Part shown: one piece after another, positions 23,301 through 38,300 of the stretch | Layout: each line of letters opens with the position of its first letter | How positions within the stretch are numbered: position 1 is the stretch's first letter | Assembly: GCA_048213135.1 (NCBI GenBank) | Contig: PS015109.1 | Location: 140,327 to 195,116, forward strand | Direction: 5' to 3' | DNA length: 54,790 nt | Source: Reclinomonas americana ATCC 50394 | Taxonomy: Eukaryota | The notes under the pieces: model-generated | Seen by the model: only the letters and a program-made list of their open reading frames with translations | What the model was told of the DNA's origin: nothing | Database searches by the model: none | Translations under genes and position numbers: made by a program

Positions 23301-26300
23301 CATCGGCCCGGCCGTGTTGATCAACGAAGTGGCCATTGCAAGCGCAGTAGCGCCATCTGCTTTGGCGACGTCGGCCAGCGAACTGTATCGCATGCAATGA
23401 GAAAAATGAAGACATTGCCACACACGGAAGTGATCCACGCACCGGGCAATCTCACTGGCCACCAGCACCATGGTGTTGCTTGTCTCTGGAGATATCGAGA
23501 AGTCGATGCCCGCCGACACGACTGAGAGAAGTGCAGCTGCGTCGTGGAGTGCAGTGCGACTTGCAGGATCTGCAAAAAACAAGGAGACGTGAATGACAGG
23601 AGCTGAGAGTAACGCGGGGCAGCAGAAGGAAGAGCCCGGTGTGGCGTCAACTATAATTCACATGCACATTCCCTCCCTCTTCACCGCCCCCTCGAAGATT
23701 TTCTTCTTGTAACCCTTTCTCATAATATATGCCTTTCGATCCTGTCTATTCTGACACATAAATCAGTGACTATTGCGATCAGATTTATGTTTTCCCTTGA
23801 CTCTCTTACTTCTCACCCCATTCTGCTTCTCTTGCTTCCTCTCTATTCCCTCTTCATCCCTCGTATTCACGACTCTATCATCCTCACCACTCCCCCTCAT
23901 CCTTTCCTCTCACTCTTCTTTCCCCCAAACCTCTCTCTTACTTCTCACCTCACTCTGCTTCTCTCTCTCCCTCTCCCTCTCCTTCTCCCTCTCCCTCACC
24001 CTCTCCCTCACCCTCACACTCCCCCTCACCCTCACCCTCACCCTCACCCTCTCCCTCTCCCTCTCCCTCTCCCTCTCCCTCTCCCTCTCCCTCTCCTTCT
24101 CCCTCTCCCTCTCCCTCGAGCTCACCCTCACCCTCTCCCTCTTTCTCCTCTTTCTCCCTCTTTCTCCCTCTTTCTCCCCCTCCCTTCCCCTTTCCCTTTC
24201 CCTTTCCCTTTCCCTTTCCCTTTCCCTTTCCCTTTCCCTTTCCCTTCCCTTCCTCTTCCTTTTCCGCACCAGCGACAAGGTTGGCAGCTCCACCGGTGCT
24301 GAGCGTCGTGACACCCGCATGTAATGACGCCATCGATGAACCCAGTTCGGCATCGTTGAAATCCCCAGGATCCAGCAGTAACGCTTTGGCGATGCTCGAC
24401 CGGAGGAAGAATGCATCGGCAGCCAGGCTTGCGCCGCCGCTGGGCCCCGCGACAGCAATCGTTGTGGTTACATCCACTGCACCGCCAAATGTATCGCGAG
24501 CACTCACTCCAACCTGCGCGAAAAAATGCAGGTGAGTCAACGTGGGTGTTGTGAGGCGACGAGAGAAACAAACGCAACAGTGAGTAGGTTGGCGCCACCA
24601 GCGTTGCCGGCCAGCGGGAATACTATATTTCTGATGATCGGAATCGTGCTGGAGGCCACATACACCTGCATCATCCCAGCGACAGTCAGTGCGGTGGTAC
24701 TCTCCTCTCCAATATGGATGGTATGACACACACAAACCTTGTAACCATAGAGCGGGTGGACGTAGAACGGTAGATACGTCACTATATGGTCAATTGTCAG
24801 TTGTGAGCAACATACACAAAGAATTGCCACTTCAAGGAAACCAACCTGGAAGGTCCACATCGATGAATTCGCTCATGGTGAATGTAAACGCCGTCGAGCG
24901 AGCTACGCCGCTCAAAGGTGTCACCTCCAGAATGCCCACCGTCGGCAAGTCGTTGATGTTGAGGGTGACGGACGGTACCGCTACAGAGGTTGCAGGCAAT
25001 CAAAGTCAGTCACAGTCAACCATCCTGATGTGCCGAATGTACTTTCAAACAAGACGCAACATATTGACGAATGCGACGCCGGAGTCGGCAGTGTCCACAA
25101 CTCGAAGACATACTGCAGTCCTCCAGTGAGCGTACCACCAGTGATGCGCACTGTTGGCGGCTGCCCGGGCGGACCAGGCAGGAACACAAATGCCGGTTCC
25201 CCGAGTAGCAGCTCGGTCGTGCTCCCTGCATGAGAACAGTGAGGCCAAGAACGGAAAGGGACGAGCAGCAGACACACATCAAGCGCGCACGCCATACTTG
25301 CACCGCCTATTCTCCCTTCTGTTTCTTCCTCTCCACTCTCCTCTCTTGTCGCTTCATCGCACTGTCTCTCTTCTCTGTCCTCTTTGTGTGGCTCACCCTT
25401 GGCATACGCGCGCCACGAATACCGGTTGGCAGCCAGCACACCAGGGTCATCAACAATTGTGGCGCTGACGGATATACTGCGTAGCGGATTGAGCCGTGCC
25501 ACAGCTGCTCCAACGGCAACAGGTGACTCGGAAACCTGCGTAAAAAGACGTTTAGCAATCGAAGGCTTCGGAAATAATCGCCTGCTAATAATGGAAGCTG
25601 AGGACTCACCACACGGAAAATCGTCGTGGAGTCACCAGTGACCACGACGTCGGACGAGGCCTGCTTACTTCGCGCACCACGAATGGCGTTGCATGAAAAA
25701 ATGTACCTGTTGTGAAACACAGGTGAATAGCCTGCTGCAAACACGCAAACATGCACACAGAATGAGAGTTACCGTCCAGGCCGCGAGAATCCGTCCAAGA
25801 TGTACAGCCATTCGGATCTCTCCGTGGTCACCACTACCTTGCCGCAATCGACACCGTCGACCGTACAGCCCCAGTTGAAGACAGTGCTTGTGACGTCGAC
25901 AAGAGCACGATTACGATCTGGATCCACCAGCGTAGCATGCACAGCGATCGGGCTATTGATTGCCACCACAGCGCCCTCTGTACGTAGCTCATGGGTGAGC
26001 CGCCAGCAGCAGAAGCAGTCACGCAGACTGCAAGTCAAATACGAAACGCATGATGATGGTGAGGTCCAAGTCGTGGAATGCTGCAGCGCGACAAGAAAAG
26101 AGAGTTGAGTAAATGGAGAAAGATATACGACACCAAGCACAAGACACATTTTCCATTCTCGCCCACCAGTGACGATGGGCTCCCGCGACAAAATCAAGTC
26201 ACCGGCATTCGCGTCGGTGACAGTGCGCACATATAGATCGTAGTATCCAGTCGCCGCTTCGAGACCAGCCAGAGTGCACAGAACAGGTGCAGCAGACGTC

Positions 26301-29300
26301 CTACAAGAGTGGTGCATCAGCGGCCTGTTATTTGCAAGTTACACATCAAGGTGTTGTGCTTGTACTCACCATAAGCAGGGCGACGTAGATGGATCCCAGT
26401 CGATAATTCGAGTTAAACCACTGGCCTTCTTCTGCACGACTTCAAAGCGCGGATTCGGTCTGCCACAGGCGCAAAGTGAGCTTGTAAAATGTACGCACTC
26501 TCATTTCACTGCACTGCATCACGCACACAATCACTCACTGCACTCGCACAATCACGCACACAATCACTCTCCCTCTCTCACTCACTCACTGCACTCGCAC
26601 AATCACTCACTCATTCACTCACTCACTCACTCACTCACTCACTCACTCACTCACTCACTCACTCACTTCCTCACTCACTCACTCTCTCTCACTCACTCTC
26701 ACTCTCTCACACATTCAATCACTCTCACTCACTCACTCACTTCCTCACTCACTCACTCTCTCTCTCACTCTCTCTCTCTCACTGCACTCACTCACTCTCA
26801 CTCTCTCACACATTTAATCACTCTCACTCACTCACACACTCACTCACTCATAAGCAGCTTTCAAAGAGCAGCATTTCATTTCAACATGCACACCCGCTGT
26901 CACTCCATTGCTCATCCCACTACAATCACGTACCCTCTGCATTACTGTATTCGCCCGCAGTAGTACTCAGTCACAATCAATTCGACCTTTCACAATCTCC
27001 AACTCTCTTGCTTTCTCAATCTCTCTCTTTTTTTCTCTCACATACGCCCTCACGCTTCCTCTCCCTTTCGCGTCACTACATACTCAATATCTCTCCTCCT
27101 CTCTCACTCTCTCTGTTTGTATTCCCTCAGTTCCCCTTCCCCCTCTCTTTTCCCTCCTCCCTTTCCTCGTGTCCTCACTCATCTTTCTCTTACTTTCACT
27201 CGCTCTCCCTTCGCCCCCACCTCTCTCCCTCTCCCTCTCCCTCTCCCTCTCCCTCTCCCTCTCCCTCTCCCTCTCCCTCTCCCTCTCCCTCTCCCTCTCC
27301 CTCTCCCTTCCACTCACCCTTCTATAGGATCCGGTGCACCACTCGCGGATACGATGCTGAACATCCACAGTGTTCAGTGCAAAAAACAGAAATCACAGCA
27401 CGCATAACAACAGCACGCAACACAGGTGCCGTCGTGAACGACGGTTTGCCACCATAACGCATCGAAGCCGAGTGCACAAGCAGCGTCTTGCCTGCAGCAC
27501 ACAAACAAAAGTGCGAGAAAAGTAAGCGAAGCGAGAAATGGTCGCCGCGACATGCACAGCGCATGCAAGACGCAGCTGACAATGACGGTGGAAACGGAAA
27601 AGTCCAAGTTGCTGGCGAGTCCCACCGAAAACGTATAATTGGTGTTCGGCAACAGACCCGTGACCACGCACAGCACTTTCTCCGTGAAGGTGGTGGGCTG
27701 AGGGCACGGATTGGGAACCGTCGACGACCAGAGAGCTCCGTTGACCAACACCTGCAAGTGATCAGTCGCCACTCGGGCCTCCACTTCACTCAACGCGTGT
27801 CGAACGGAATTCGTGCCGGACACGAGCTGAATGGTGAGGGTGACATTCTGTGGACGCTGAATCACCTCGCCCACAGATATCTGCTGTCGGATGCTCGATT
27901 CTGTGGATGCACCACCACATGATAAGACAGAATCACACTGACCAGATGTTGCAGCATCCACACGACCCACCAACAGTAATCGGCACGGCGCCTGGAATGG
28001 TGGCAAAGCTGTCGATTTGTGGAATCGCGCGCATGTCGACACACACCACGTATTGCCGAACAAAGCGGCTGAGGACAAAGCCACTGAACACCGCCTCGTG
28101 CGCGACATTGGTCGCCGCTGAAGCGTCGGCCGTGACTGCCACGGCGACGGTGCCGGTGCGTGGCGGATCAGAGCTGGTGGAGCACGACGATATACCGTTG
28201 GTCGCCAGTGGCTCCAACCGAATGGCACGAATCGAAGCCACAGGTAGCAGCCCGAGTCCGGACAGCGTAAGCGATGTAGTCTCCACCGCGGCAGGTAGCG
28301 TCACTGGCGTGAAGCCAAAGATGCGTGCTGCGCACGGGGAAAAAAGTGATTGGTTCATGACAAACGTGAGAGACATAGTAGTGGCACACCAACACCACCA
28401 ATGTGCCTCACCGACAACGATGGCATCTGAGGAGACTGATACAAATGCCCCCGACGGATCGCCGGCCAGCGCGTCGAAACACATCACATACCGGCCGGCG
28501 TCGATGGACCGGCTGGCTCGGATAAACAGCTGCGATCCATCGGCTGAGACCTGCACCAAGCCAGCAAGGTCGCCGTCTTGCCACACCACTGAGCCACTGT
28601 CCACCGCAGATGACGTGACCGAGGCAGTACACGACAGAGCCTCCCGCTGCAGACGAATTCGTCGCAGCAGAGGTCCTGGCGCGAGATTGGCACCAACGAC
28701 AGTCACGGTGGGAGGTGGAGCGTAGAGAGCAATTGCTTGAGGTTCCAGTCGCGTGGTCGAGGCTGCAACGAAAACACAAAGGCGACGGACACAACCATCA
28801 GAACCGACAGCGGCATGCAAGCACAGCGATGATACCAGACAAACCAACAGAGATTGTGGCAAACGATGCGTAGGAGATCATGACGTTGGCAGTCACATCG
28901 ACACACACAGTGTACGTGTCGCGCGGCAAGGAGCCTACGAATGCCACAATCCGACTGGCATCATCCACAGCACCGACAGCACGAGGCGCCAACGTGGCCT
29001 CCACAGTGTCAGCAGTGAACGGCGCGCACAGCATGCCAGGCACCAGACGAACACTGCGCACACTGACAGCGGCGCGCAGTCCGGCACCTATCACAGTCAC
29101 TCGCGATGTGGTGTCCTGGCGCAGTACGGCGGTCGGCATGACAGACACTGTCTGCGCCACGAGTACTTCGTTCCCGTCGTCGGCCACTGGCCACTTGATG
29201 AGCGGCGACCCAGCAGCAACCGGTCTGCCCCGCAGATTGACACATATAACCCACTGGCCCGGCGGCAATCCGTTGGCCAACAACACCCGCAGTTGCGTCT

Positions 29301-32300
29301 TGTCGATTGTCGTCGTCACTGTCGTCGGTTGCACGGTCATACCGATCCCTGCCGGCCGACAGGCGTAGCCGAGTTGCAGATCCACCGACAACACACTCAA
29401 CGCCATGTCCAGCGCCACGCCAAAAAGTGTCAGTGTGGACTGAGGAGTGTTCGGGAGTAGGGTGAGCGGCTGCATGGTGGTCGCAATGGCTGTGGAAGGT
29501 AGACGTGCGCATCAGCGGAATACAATGGCAGCAACTGAACTCGTCGTCTCGTACAACTCACCCGTGTGAACCGACTGAGTGCCGTCGCCCGTACCCACGC
29601 GGACGAGGCGACCAATGGGTGCCGCCGCCCACTCCAAGCATACGGCATACACGCCTGGCGCAAGCCCGCGGTTGCCATCAGAGCCGAGCGGCACCTTGAT
29701 TGCACTGCCGTCAATGACGGAGGGATCGGGTACGATCACCGAGGAACCGGGAACGACAACAAATGTGCTTGCAGTTGTGTCGCAGGCACCGGTGGGATCG
29801 AACACCACACGCCGGATGGACAGCGGTGATAGGCCGATACCTTTACGCAGAGACACGGTGAGGAGATCGCCTTGTCAAACGGCGTGTCCATCGCACACAC
29901 ACATACACAAACCGTGCAGCTCCACAGCCGCTGTCGCATCCAGTGCCGCGACAGCCGTGGTGATCAGAGTGTCGACGCGACCGACATACAGCAGTGGTGT
30001 GCCGACGATTGGAACCAGTGTTCCAGGTGTGTTGAGTGTGTAGTCCACACAAATCTGCGAGTCATTGATGAGGCCAGGTTGCGTGCGCACCAACACCAAC
30101 AATCATGTTCACACCTGATACACGGTTGCTGGCAAACCACCAGAAGGAACGACGATTACCAGTTGTGTATCGGCGGTCGAGGCACTCGCAGACAGTGAGC
30201 ATGAAAGCCGACTGGCAACTGGCGATGCCGAGCAGGCTCCGACGGCGGTGGGTGACTGCACGGGAACCAGGAACACAGAGCGCACATTTGCGCCAGGCTG
30301 AAGACTGTATCCGCTCAGAATCAGGGCGGCAGAAGAGTCGGCGGCCAACAGGGTTCGTGGTGAGAAGGAGTCAACACCAACTGATGGAACAGCAGAATTC
30401 AATCAATCACCACTGGAGAACATACACGCGCAAGCAGTACCGACAACCCCCCACACACACCGACGACAAGTTCCGTGGTCCCGAGTTTCGAGTACGATCC
30501 AGCAGCAACACGAGTGCTACTAACATCGACACACACGCTCCACCTCCCCGACGGTGTCAACGGCGCTCCGCCAATGGCCACCTGCAGCTCTGAGGGACTA
30601 GTTGCCACAAAGTCTGCCAGCACAAAGCTGCGCACAATGGCAGACGCCGGCGGTGCCACTCCAAACGAGCATGCACTCGAACCGAGTTCGAGACGCGCGC
30701 CACGCAGCAATGCAAGCGTGAGATTCACACCCTGCAGCGTCAACGATGCATTACCTCCCGCAGTGGCTACCGTGGATGGTGCAAATGATTGGAAACCTGC
30801 AGCGATGCACGAGAGAGAGATATGAGCGGGCAAGGAAAGCGAAATCGCTGTTGCATCTCCATCATGCTCACCTCCTCCACACATAGCATCCGTGTCGAAC
30901 AGCGGAGGGCACGAGCATGATCCGTTGCCCGTCACGCCGTCAGAGCACGCGCCTCCGTTCTGACACTGACACGCAGTGCTGCATCGATTGTCGTACCAAC
31001 CGCGCTCACAGTTGCTGCACCCCGTGGACGCCGACACGTGCGGAAGGCATGTTCCGCAATTTCCTGACGGATCGCGCAGCGCCGTGCATCGACAGAGACC
31101 ACTGCCTTGCACGCCGTCATCACACGTGCCACCGTTGCTGCACGACGGGCAAATGCCAGCACAGCGCCGGCCATATCGACCCGCCGGGCACTGGCAGGTG
31201 AGGCCGCCGCCACTCGAAACACATCTGCGTGTCGAAAAGGGAACGGCGACTTGTGAGCAAAGATAGAATGGGAGAAAAGGCGAATCCAAGTGCGAAACGA
31301 AGAGTTTCCTTGGCAGTTGCATCGCGCTACAGATTCACCAATGAGATGAGTAACCAGCAAGCAGACTGTGGTGTGCGGCCATGAACTCACAAGAGCACAC
31401 AGGTCCAGTGAGGCCGCCAGTACAAGCAATCGTCGTAAACGACAGCACCGTACCGCGCAGAGGCGATGACAAGTCGATAACACGATAAAAGTACGTGGTG
31501 GAGGGGAGCAGTGGCGACGCAGTGAGTGACATGGGGTTGTTCCCGGCAGGAATCGTGGGAATGCTCGACTCGGCGAGTTTGATACGCCGCACGACATTGT
31601 TCCCCGTATCTAGCACACATGCAGAACGATCAGCAACAAGTGGACAGCCAAGATAAGGATGCGAATGGTGAGCGGAAGCGACACGAACCGGCTACGAACA
31701 GAGCTCCCGATTTGATGGAATCAAGAACGAGAGCACCCTGGTGTCAGCAGCAGCAGAAAGCATCAGTGAAGCTCATTCAAAGACAAGACCCCTCAACAGC
31801 AATCTCACGAAACTGGACTGCGGAAGCTCGCACTCGTCGCTGGACCATCGGCAGAGCCCGCCAACGCCAGTGCACTCGACAATGACGTCGTCACTTGTCC
31901 AGTGGCAACATCCACTTGCCGAATGGCATGATTGGCAGTCTGCATAAAAAGAATATGAGACGCTGCTTGCACTCTACAATGCAACTCAATAAACGCAACG
32001 TCCACCACATAGAGAAGACCACCGAGGACGTCAAATGCCACATCGGAGGGGCTGCTGAAGCGTGCATTGGCACCGATGCCGTCGGCGAGCGCAGGAGTGG
32101 TCGACATGCTTCCGGCCACCGTGGTCATGATCCCCGACTGCAGATTGAAGCGACGAATGGCATTGTTCCCGGTGTCAGCCACATACAATGCACGTGCCAC
32201 CGGATCGAGGGCCAGTCCAGATGGGTGATTGAGCAGGGTGGCGGAAGAGCCAGCAGTGCCCGCTTGACCAACGAGGGTCGTTGTCACACCGACAACGGAC

Positions 32301-35300
32301 ACGCGCCTGCAGCAATGATTGAGGGAGACGACAAAGAGAGGCACGATGGTGCCGCACAGCAATAGCACGAACCGCACAACATGGTTGCCCCAGTCAGCCA
32401 CATAAATGCACTCTTGGGCGTCAACGTAGTCCATGGCTAGTCCTCGCGGACTCGACAGCTGCGCGGCGGCGCCAATGCCATCCGTGAAGGCTGGTCGACC
32501 GCTTCCAACCACAGTGTACATGGTGCCGGCGGCCAGACGACGCAATGCGTGATTGTTGCTCTGTTTCACACACACACACACAAGAAAAAATAAGTGAGAT
32601 AAGCAAAGCATGCCACTTTCATGTAAGCGTACGCACATCCGAAATGTAGACTTGCGCGGAATACGCGTCGACAATGACATACGATGGGCTGCAAAACAGA
32701 CAAACAGTGAGTAAATGGCGAAGCGCTCGAAAATGAGCACATGCAGGCAGCAGACCTGGAAAGCCTGGCTGTAGTCAGCGCTGCACCGTTGATGAAGCCA
32801 CTGACCATGGGCTGCCCGGCCAGTCGAATGACGGCGCCAGTCGTCGAGTCAATGGAGCTCACAGTGTGTTGGCTGATATAAATGCCGCACGATGAGCGGA
32901 GCTCATTAACAATTATGGGATGGCCAAACACCCACCTCGCATCGACGACCACCAGGTTCCCCACACTGTCTACTGCAACGCTCTGCTCCACAACGGCAGT
33001 AGTGATTGAGCAAACCATGCGAGACAGCGGGTACGCACGATACGCACTTGCAAGCTGCCGAAGCCAGCGGCAGGTACGGTAGACACTTGAGGTGACGAGC
33101 CGAACGCATCCGACGTGAGCGCAATGGAGAATCGAGGATTGGCTGACGGTGCACCGTTGAGGACCAGCGACGCTTGCAGGATTGCAGATACGGCGGAAGC
33201 ATTGGTCGCCGCCACAGTCGACAGCAGCGGAACTGCAAACGCGCGAGTGAACAACGTCATGCAACATGCGTCACAGAGAAAAATGCCAAAAAAACTACGT
33301 ACGTGTAGTGGTGGTTGAGTGTGAGATCGTTCCACGTTGTGTCGATGTTGTGTCTGTCAATCGGTACAGGTACGTGGAGTTTGGCAGCAACCCGGTAACA
33401 ATGGCGCTGAATTGGTTGGCGGTAGACGTCGCCGAGCCGCCGAGCCGCCACGATGGGATCGAGATCCGTCGAACTGCATTCGAGGCTGCCAACAAAATGT
33501 CAGTGAATGTCGAACGGTGAGGCACCAATTCTCACAGTACGCACTGACGACGGCCAATGAACCCTGCTTCTGATTGACGCACAGTCCGCGCTACATGGGA
33601 GACGATATACGCAACATGAGAACCTCACTGACACTCAACCACAAGAATGTACACACACCAAATCGCTAAACTGTGCCGTGGCGGCAGCGCCGTTTGCATA
33701 TCCCGCCTGGCCAGCCACGCCAGCCACCGTGGTGACAGTGCCGTCACTGGTCGATACTGAACGGATTATCTTGTTGCCAACCTGAAACAAGAAAGAGAAA
33801 AGGGAATTGAGCGCTTAAAAAGCAACACAGAGCGAGCGAATCAGACAACGAAACGTCAGCCACATAAAGGACATTGGCCAGCGGATCCAAATCCATCGTT
33901 TCCGGCTGGTTGAAGCGCGCAGCCGACGCAACGCCATCCGCCGTGCCGGTGGAAGACATCATACCCGCCAGCGTAGACACGGTTCCAGTGGCCAGCTCGA
34001 TTACACGAATGACAGAGTTGTTGCGATCGGCGACAAACACGAGTTGACGAGAGACATCCACGGCCACGGCCGTGGGCCCGTTGAAGCGTGCGGTCAGCGC
34101 GGAGCCATTGGACGTGCCAGTAACGCCAGCTTGGCCCGCCACGGTGGTGGTGACTCCCGAGAACGACACGCGACGAATCAGATGATTGCCAAAGTCGGCC
34201 ACATACACGCACTCACGACCGGTGCTGTTGTCGATGGCGATGCCGCGCGGCTGCGTAAATGATGCAGCAGTACCGACGCCGTCCGCGGCTCCACTGCTAC
34301 CAGTGCCGGCCAGTGTCGACATGGAGCCACCAGTCACACGCCGTACCGCATGATTGCCGTACTGCAATGACCAACAAGTGAGATTGTCGGGAAAGAAAGA
34401 TCAATCAAAAAATGCGCCACACAACGCAACATCTGCGACGTAAGTATCTCCTGTGGCCACATCGACTCTGACATGCATCGGGCTGCGACGGATCTCTGTC
34501 AGCATAAAAATAACCACGCAAGAGCGCGACAAAAGAAAAATGCACGAAACGATCGCAGGGTGGCCGTAGCAAGTGCACCGTTGGTGAATCTGGAGGTGCA
34601 CATGTTGGTTCTCTCGTTAGCAATGGAAACAACACAAGTACTCATCACAGTAAACAGCGCACAGACCCTTCCATTCCCAGCAATCCAGCAAAAGTGGACA
34701 CGGCGCCCGACGCGGACACAAGTCGAATAGCGTGGTTGCTGCACAGTATACGACATGAGGTACAATTGTTGTCATTTCCAAATCAGCAACGCGAACGCAC
34801 CCAGCATCGGCCACATACACATTCCCGCTCCCATCAGCCGCCGCACCCTGTGTGCGTCACAAAAGAGAGAAGGGAGGTCAGTGACATCGACCGATGATGG
34901 AAAACAATGGGTGTCGGCGACGTACGGCAGGCTGGTTGAAACGCGCCGATGCACCGATAGCCGAGTCGGTAGATCCAGTGCTGGCTGGATCGCCTGCCAA
35001 TGCCGTCACCGACATAGAGGACAGGAATTGCGTCTGTTGTGTTGCCAGCTCAAACACAGGTTGAGCAGCGCCACTCGCAACCACGGTTCCCACAAGTGTC
35101 ATTGCGTTGTGTGACACCGCGGTGGCTTGCCCAGTGGTCACCGTGGGCGCTTCGCGGAATCGAAATGCGTGTCAACCTCAAGCGTTCTGAGAGCAGGAAT
35201 CACAGCACAATGAAAGCTCACCCGACAGCGTGGTGAAATTAAGCACCGAGCCGTGTGTGCCATTGTCGAGACCAACACGGAAAACATATGCGGACTGTGG

Positions 35301-38300
35301 ACTGAGTTGACCGATTGATAGACTCACAGCGGCGCTGCTGGAACCAGTGACCGAGGATGGGGAGCCAGCAATATCCGGTGCCGGAATGGTCACTCGCCGC
35401 ACAGTGTTCGTCCCATCTGTGAATGCGGAGGTGAGTGAGGTGGGAGAGGGGAGAGGGAGGGGGCAAAAGAAGTGACATTGTACCTGAAACTAAGAGAGCC
35501 ATGTTCGTGGCATCAAATGCAACACCGATCTGTCACCACCACATGATCAGCAACGACTTCAAAGCTGATCCACGACACGAGGCACAAACCGGCGACGTGA
35601 AACGAGTCGCAGATGCATCTCCAGATGAGGATCCGGACGCTCCTACCAAGCCCAGCAAGGTGCGCACAATGCCGTTGGGTGAAATCTGACGAATAATGTG
35701 ACTATCCGTCTGTGAAAACCCCGAGAGAATGGAAAACACCATGAGCAGCCGGAACAAATCACTTCAGAAAACACAGTGATCCGCAACATCGGCGACAAAC
35801 AGCGTGCCGCTCACAGGATCTAGTGCGAGTCCGTTGGCAGCACTGAACTGCGCCACCGACGGCGGCCCGTCCACGGCACCCGCCAAGCCACTCCGTCCAG
35901 TCACCGTCGATACAGTCAAAGTGGCGAGGTCCATGCGCCGAACCGAAAACGAACCCGAATCCAACACAAACAGCACACTACGCGCAGCATCCACCACCAC
36001 GGCGGTGGGGGCGATAAACCTCGCATCGGTTCCGACACCGTCAGTGGATCCAGCTGCGGCTGCACTGCCGGCGACAGTCGTCACGCTGCCAAACACCGTA
36101 ACCATTCTGCATGCATTGAAACATTAGTGCGAGAGAAGCGAGCAATCACCGTCATCGCCATAGGGGCTCACCGAATCGCGTGATTGTCCTTGTCGGCAAC
36201 GTATATCAACTGCGTGCGAGGATCCACAGCCACACCGGTGGGGTGATTGAGTTGCGCCGCAGAAGCCACACCGTCGCTGCTGCCGACGGATCCATTGCCA
36301 CACACGGTGGAAACCGAGCCACCAGATACACGTCGCAATGTATTGTTGCCAGACTGTGATAAACAACAACATGAGCAACAGGAAAGACAAGCAACTGCCA
36401 GACTCTTGCTCACCTCGACAATGTACAAATCACCAGAAGTGTTATCAACAGCCACACCATACGGACTACACAAGCAGCGAATGAGGGAGAGGCCAGAAAA
36501 CCGGCAAGAATGGATGAATAACAAACAAACCCATTCAGCGTTGCCGTTGCAACGGGGCCGTCCACCATCCCGCTAGAGCCTCGCACACCAGCGGCGGTGG
36601 TGACATTGCCAGCGGTGTCCATTTTGCGAACCAATGAATTACTACGTGGCACAAGTCAGAAGACTACTGGATGACGACAAACGACGATCGTAGTGAAACG
36701 CAACTCATATTCTGCAATGTAGGCGTTACCGCTGATGTCCAAGCACACGTGCTGGTGGAGAGAAAAAATTAATGTGCGTGAGAAGGATTGCTAATAAATA
36801 TCTCCGCGTGCTGAGCACATACCCGCATGCCGTGGAAGGTGGCCACGTTTCCTGCACCATCTGCGCTGCCAGTCATGCCAACCGATCCGGCAACCAATGG
36901 CGATGTTACGCTGGCGGTCAATGCAGAAGCTTGGCGAGCAACATTGAACGCCGTCGCCGCGGGCTGACTGCCACCAGTGTTTACGGTGCCATTTAGGACG
37001 GCCGTTGTGGATGCCACACTGGTCGCCGCAGCAGTTGCGACAGTCGCACCTACGTGGCGCAATAAGCGGATCTCATCGGGCACACACAGAAACAAAACGC
37101 GCAAGCATGTAATTGATGCAAACCTGGAGTGGTAAACAGCACAGAGGAGCTACGGTAGGTGCCAGCCGCCACTCGCATGTTGTATGCTACCGCTGGTTGC
37201 AGTCGCTGCACCGCTACCGACACTGTAACATCAGTGCTGCCGGAGGCGACAGACAACGGCGTGCCGGGAATGGAGGAGGCAGGTAGTTGTACTTGTCGGA
37301 TCACGTGACCTGCTGCGTCTGTGGAAATAGTCAGCAACACAAGCACAGCTGCGGAAACAATCATGAGCAGGTAGTTGATCATCACCTGCAACAATCAAGC
37401 TCTGTGTGGCCGCCGAGAACTCCACACCCCGCTGCGAACAGCTGGTAAGTATCGCGGCACTCAATTGCATGCGAGAGAGGGAAAGAAACACCAACCAGCT
37501 GCTGGAACCTGCTGCTCGAACCACCACCTACTGCCGATCCGTTGACTCCGTAGGCTCCCGCCAGTGTGCTCACCATGCACGACGGAGAGATCATACGCAC
37601 CACATTACTCTGATACTGCAGCACAGAAGGGGGGAGAAAGTCAGGTACGAACTCGCTTTGTAACAGCTGAACTGCGATAACGCAACGTCGGTTGCGTAGA
37701 GATTTCCCGAGTACGGATCAAGTGCCAGTCCTCGAGGAGAATCAGATACAACAGCCGCACATGGGCCAGCCACAGTATTCACAGCAATGGCGCCTCCGGC
37801 AAATGTCATGACTTCCATCGTTAGCAGACTCAGCCGCCGTATCGCATGGTTGCCAACATCGCCAATGTATAGCATCGAGTTCCGAATGTCAAGCGCCAAC
37901 GCGCTGGGTGCGTTGAAGCGAGCAGCACTGCCGATGCCATCAGCACTCCCTGACACAGTTGCAGTCCCGGCAATGGTCGTCACCGTGCCATCGAAGGTCA
38001 CTTGCCTGCGAGCGAGAAACGGAAGAGGGAGTAAATCAGTACAGGGCTGAAAACGGGAAGCACGAAGCATGTGATATAACGGAGGGGAAACAAGGGAGTG
38101 CACATATGCCAGGTGACAGCAAAAGATATCATTCACAGGACAACACACTCACATACAAATGAAACAAAGCCACCATAGCACGTACCGAATAGTGTGAGAT
38201 GCCGTGTCGGCAACGTAAAGGACCCGAGCGAGGCAACTGGCGGTCACCGCACTCGGCGAATTGAACTGAGCAGAAGGCGAATCGCTGCTGCCCGCCCCCA

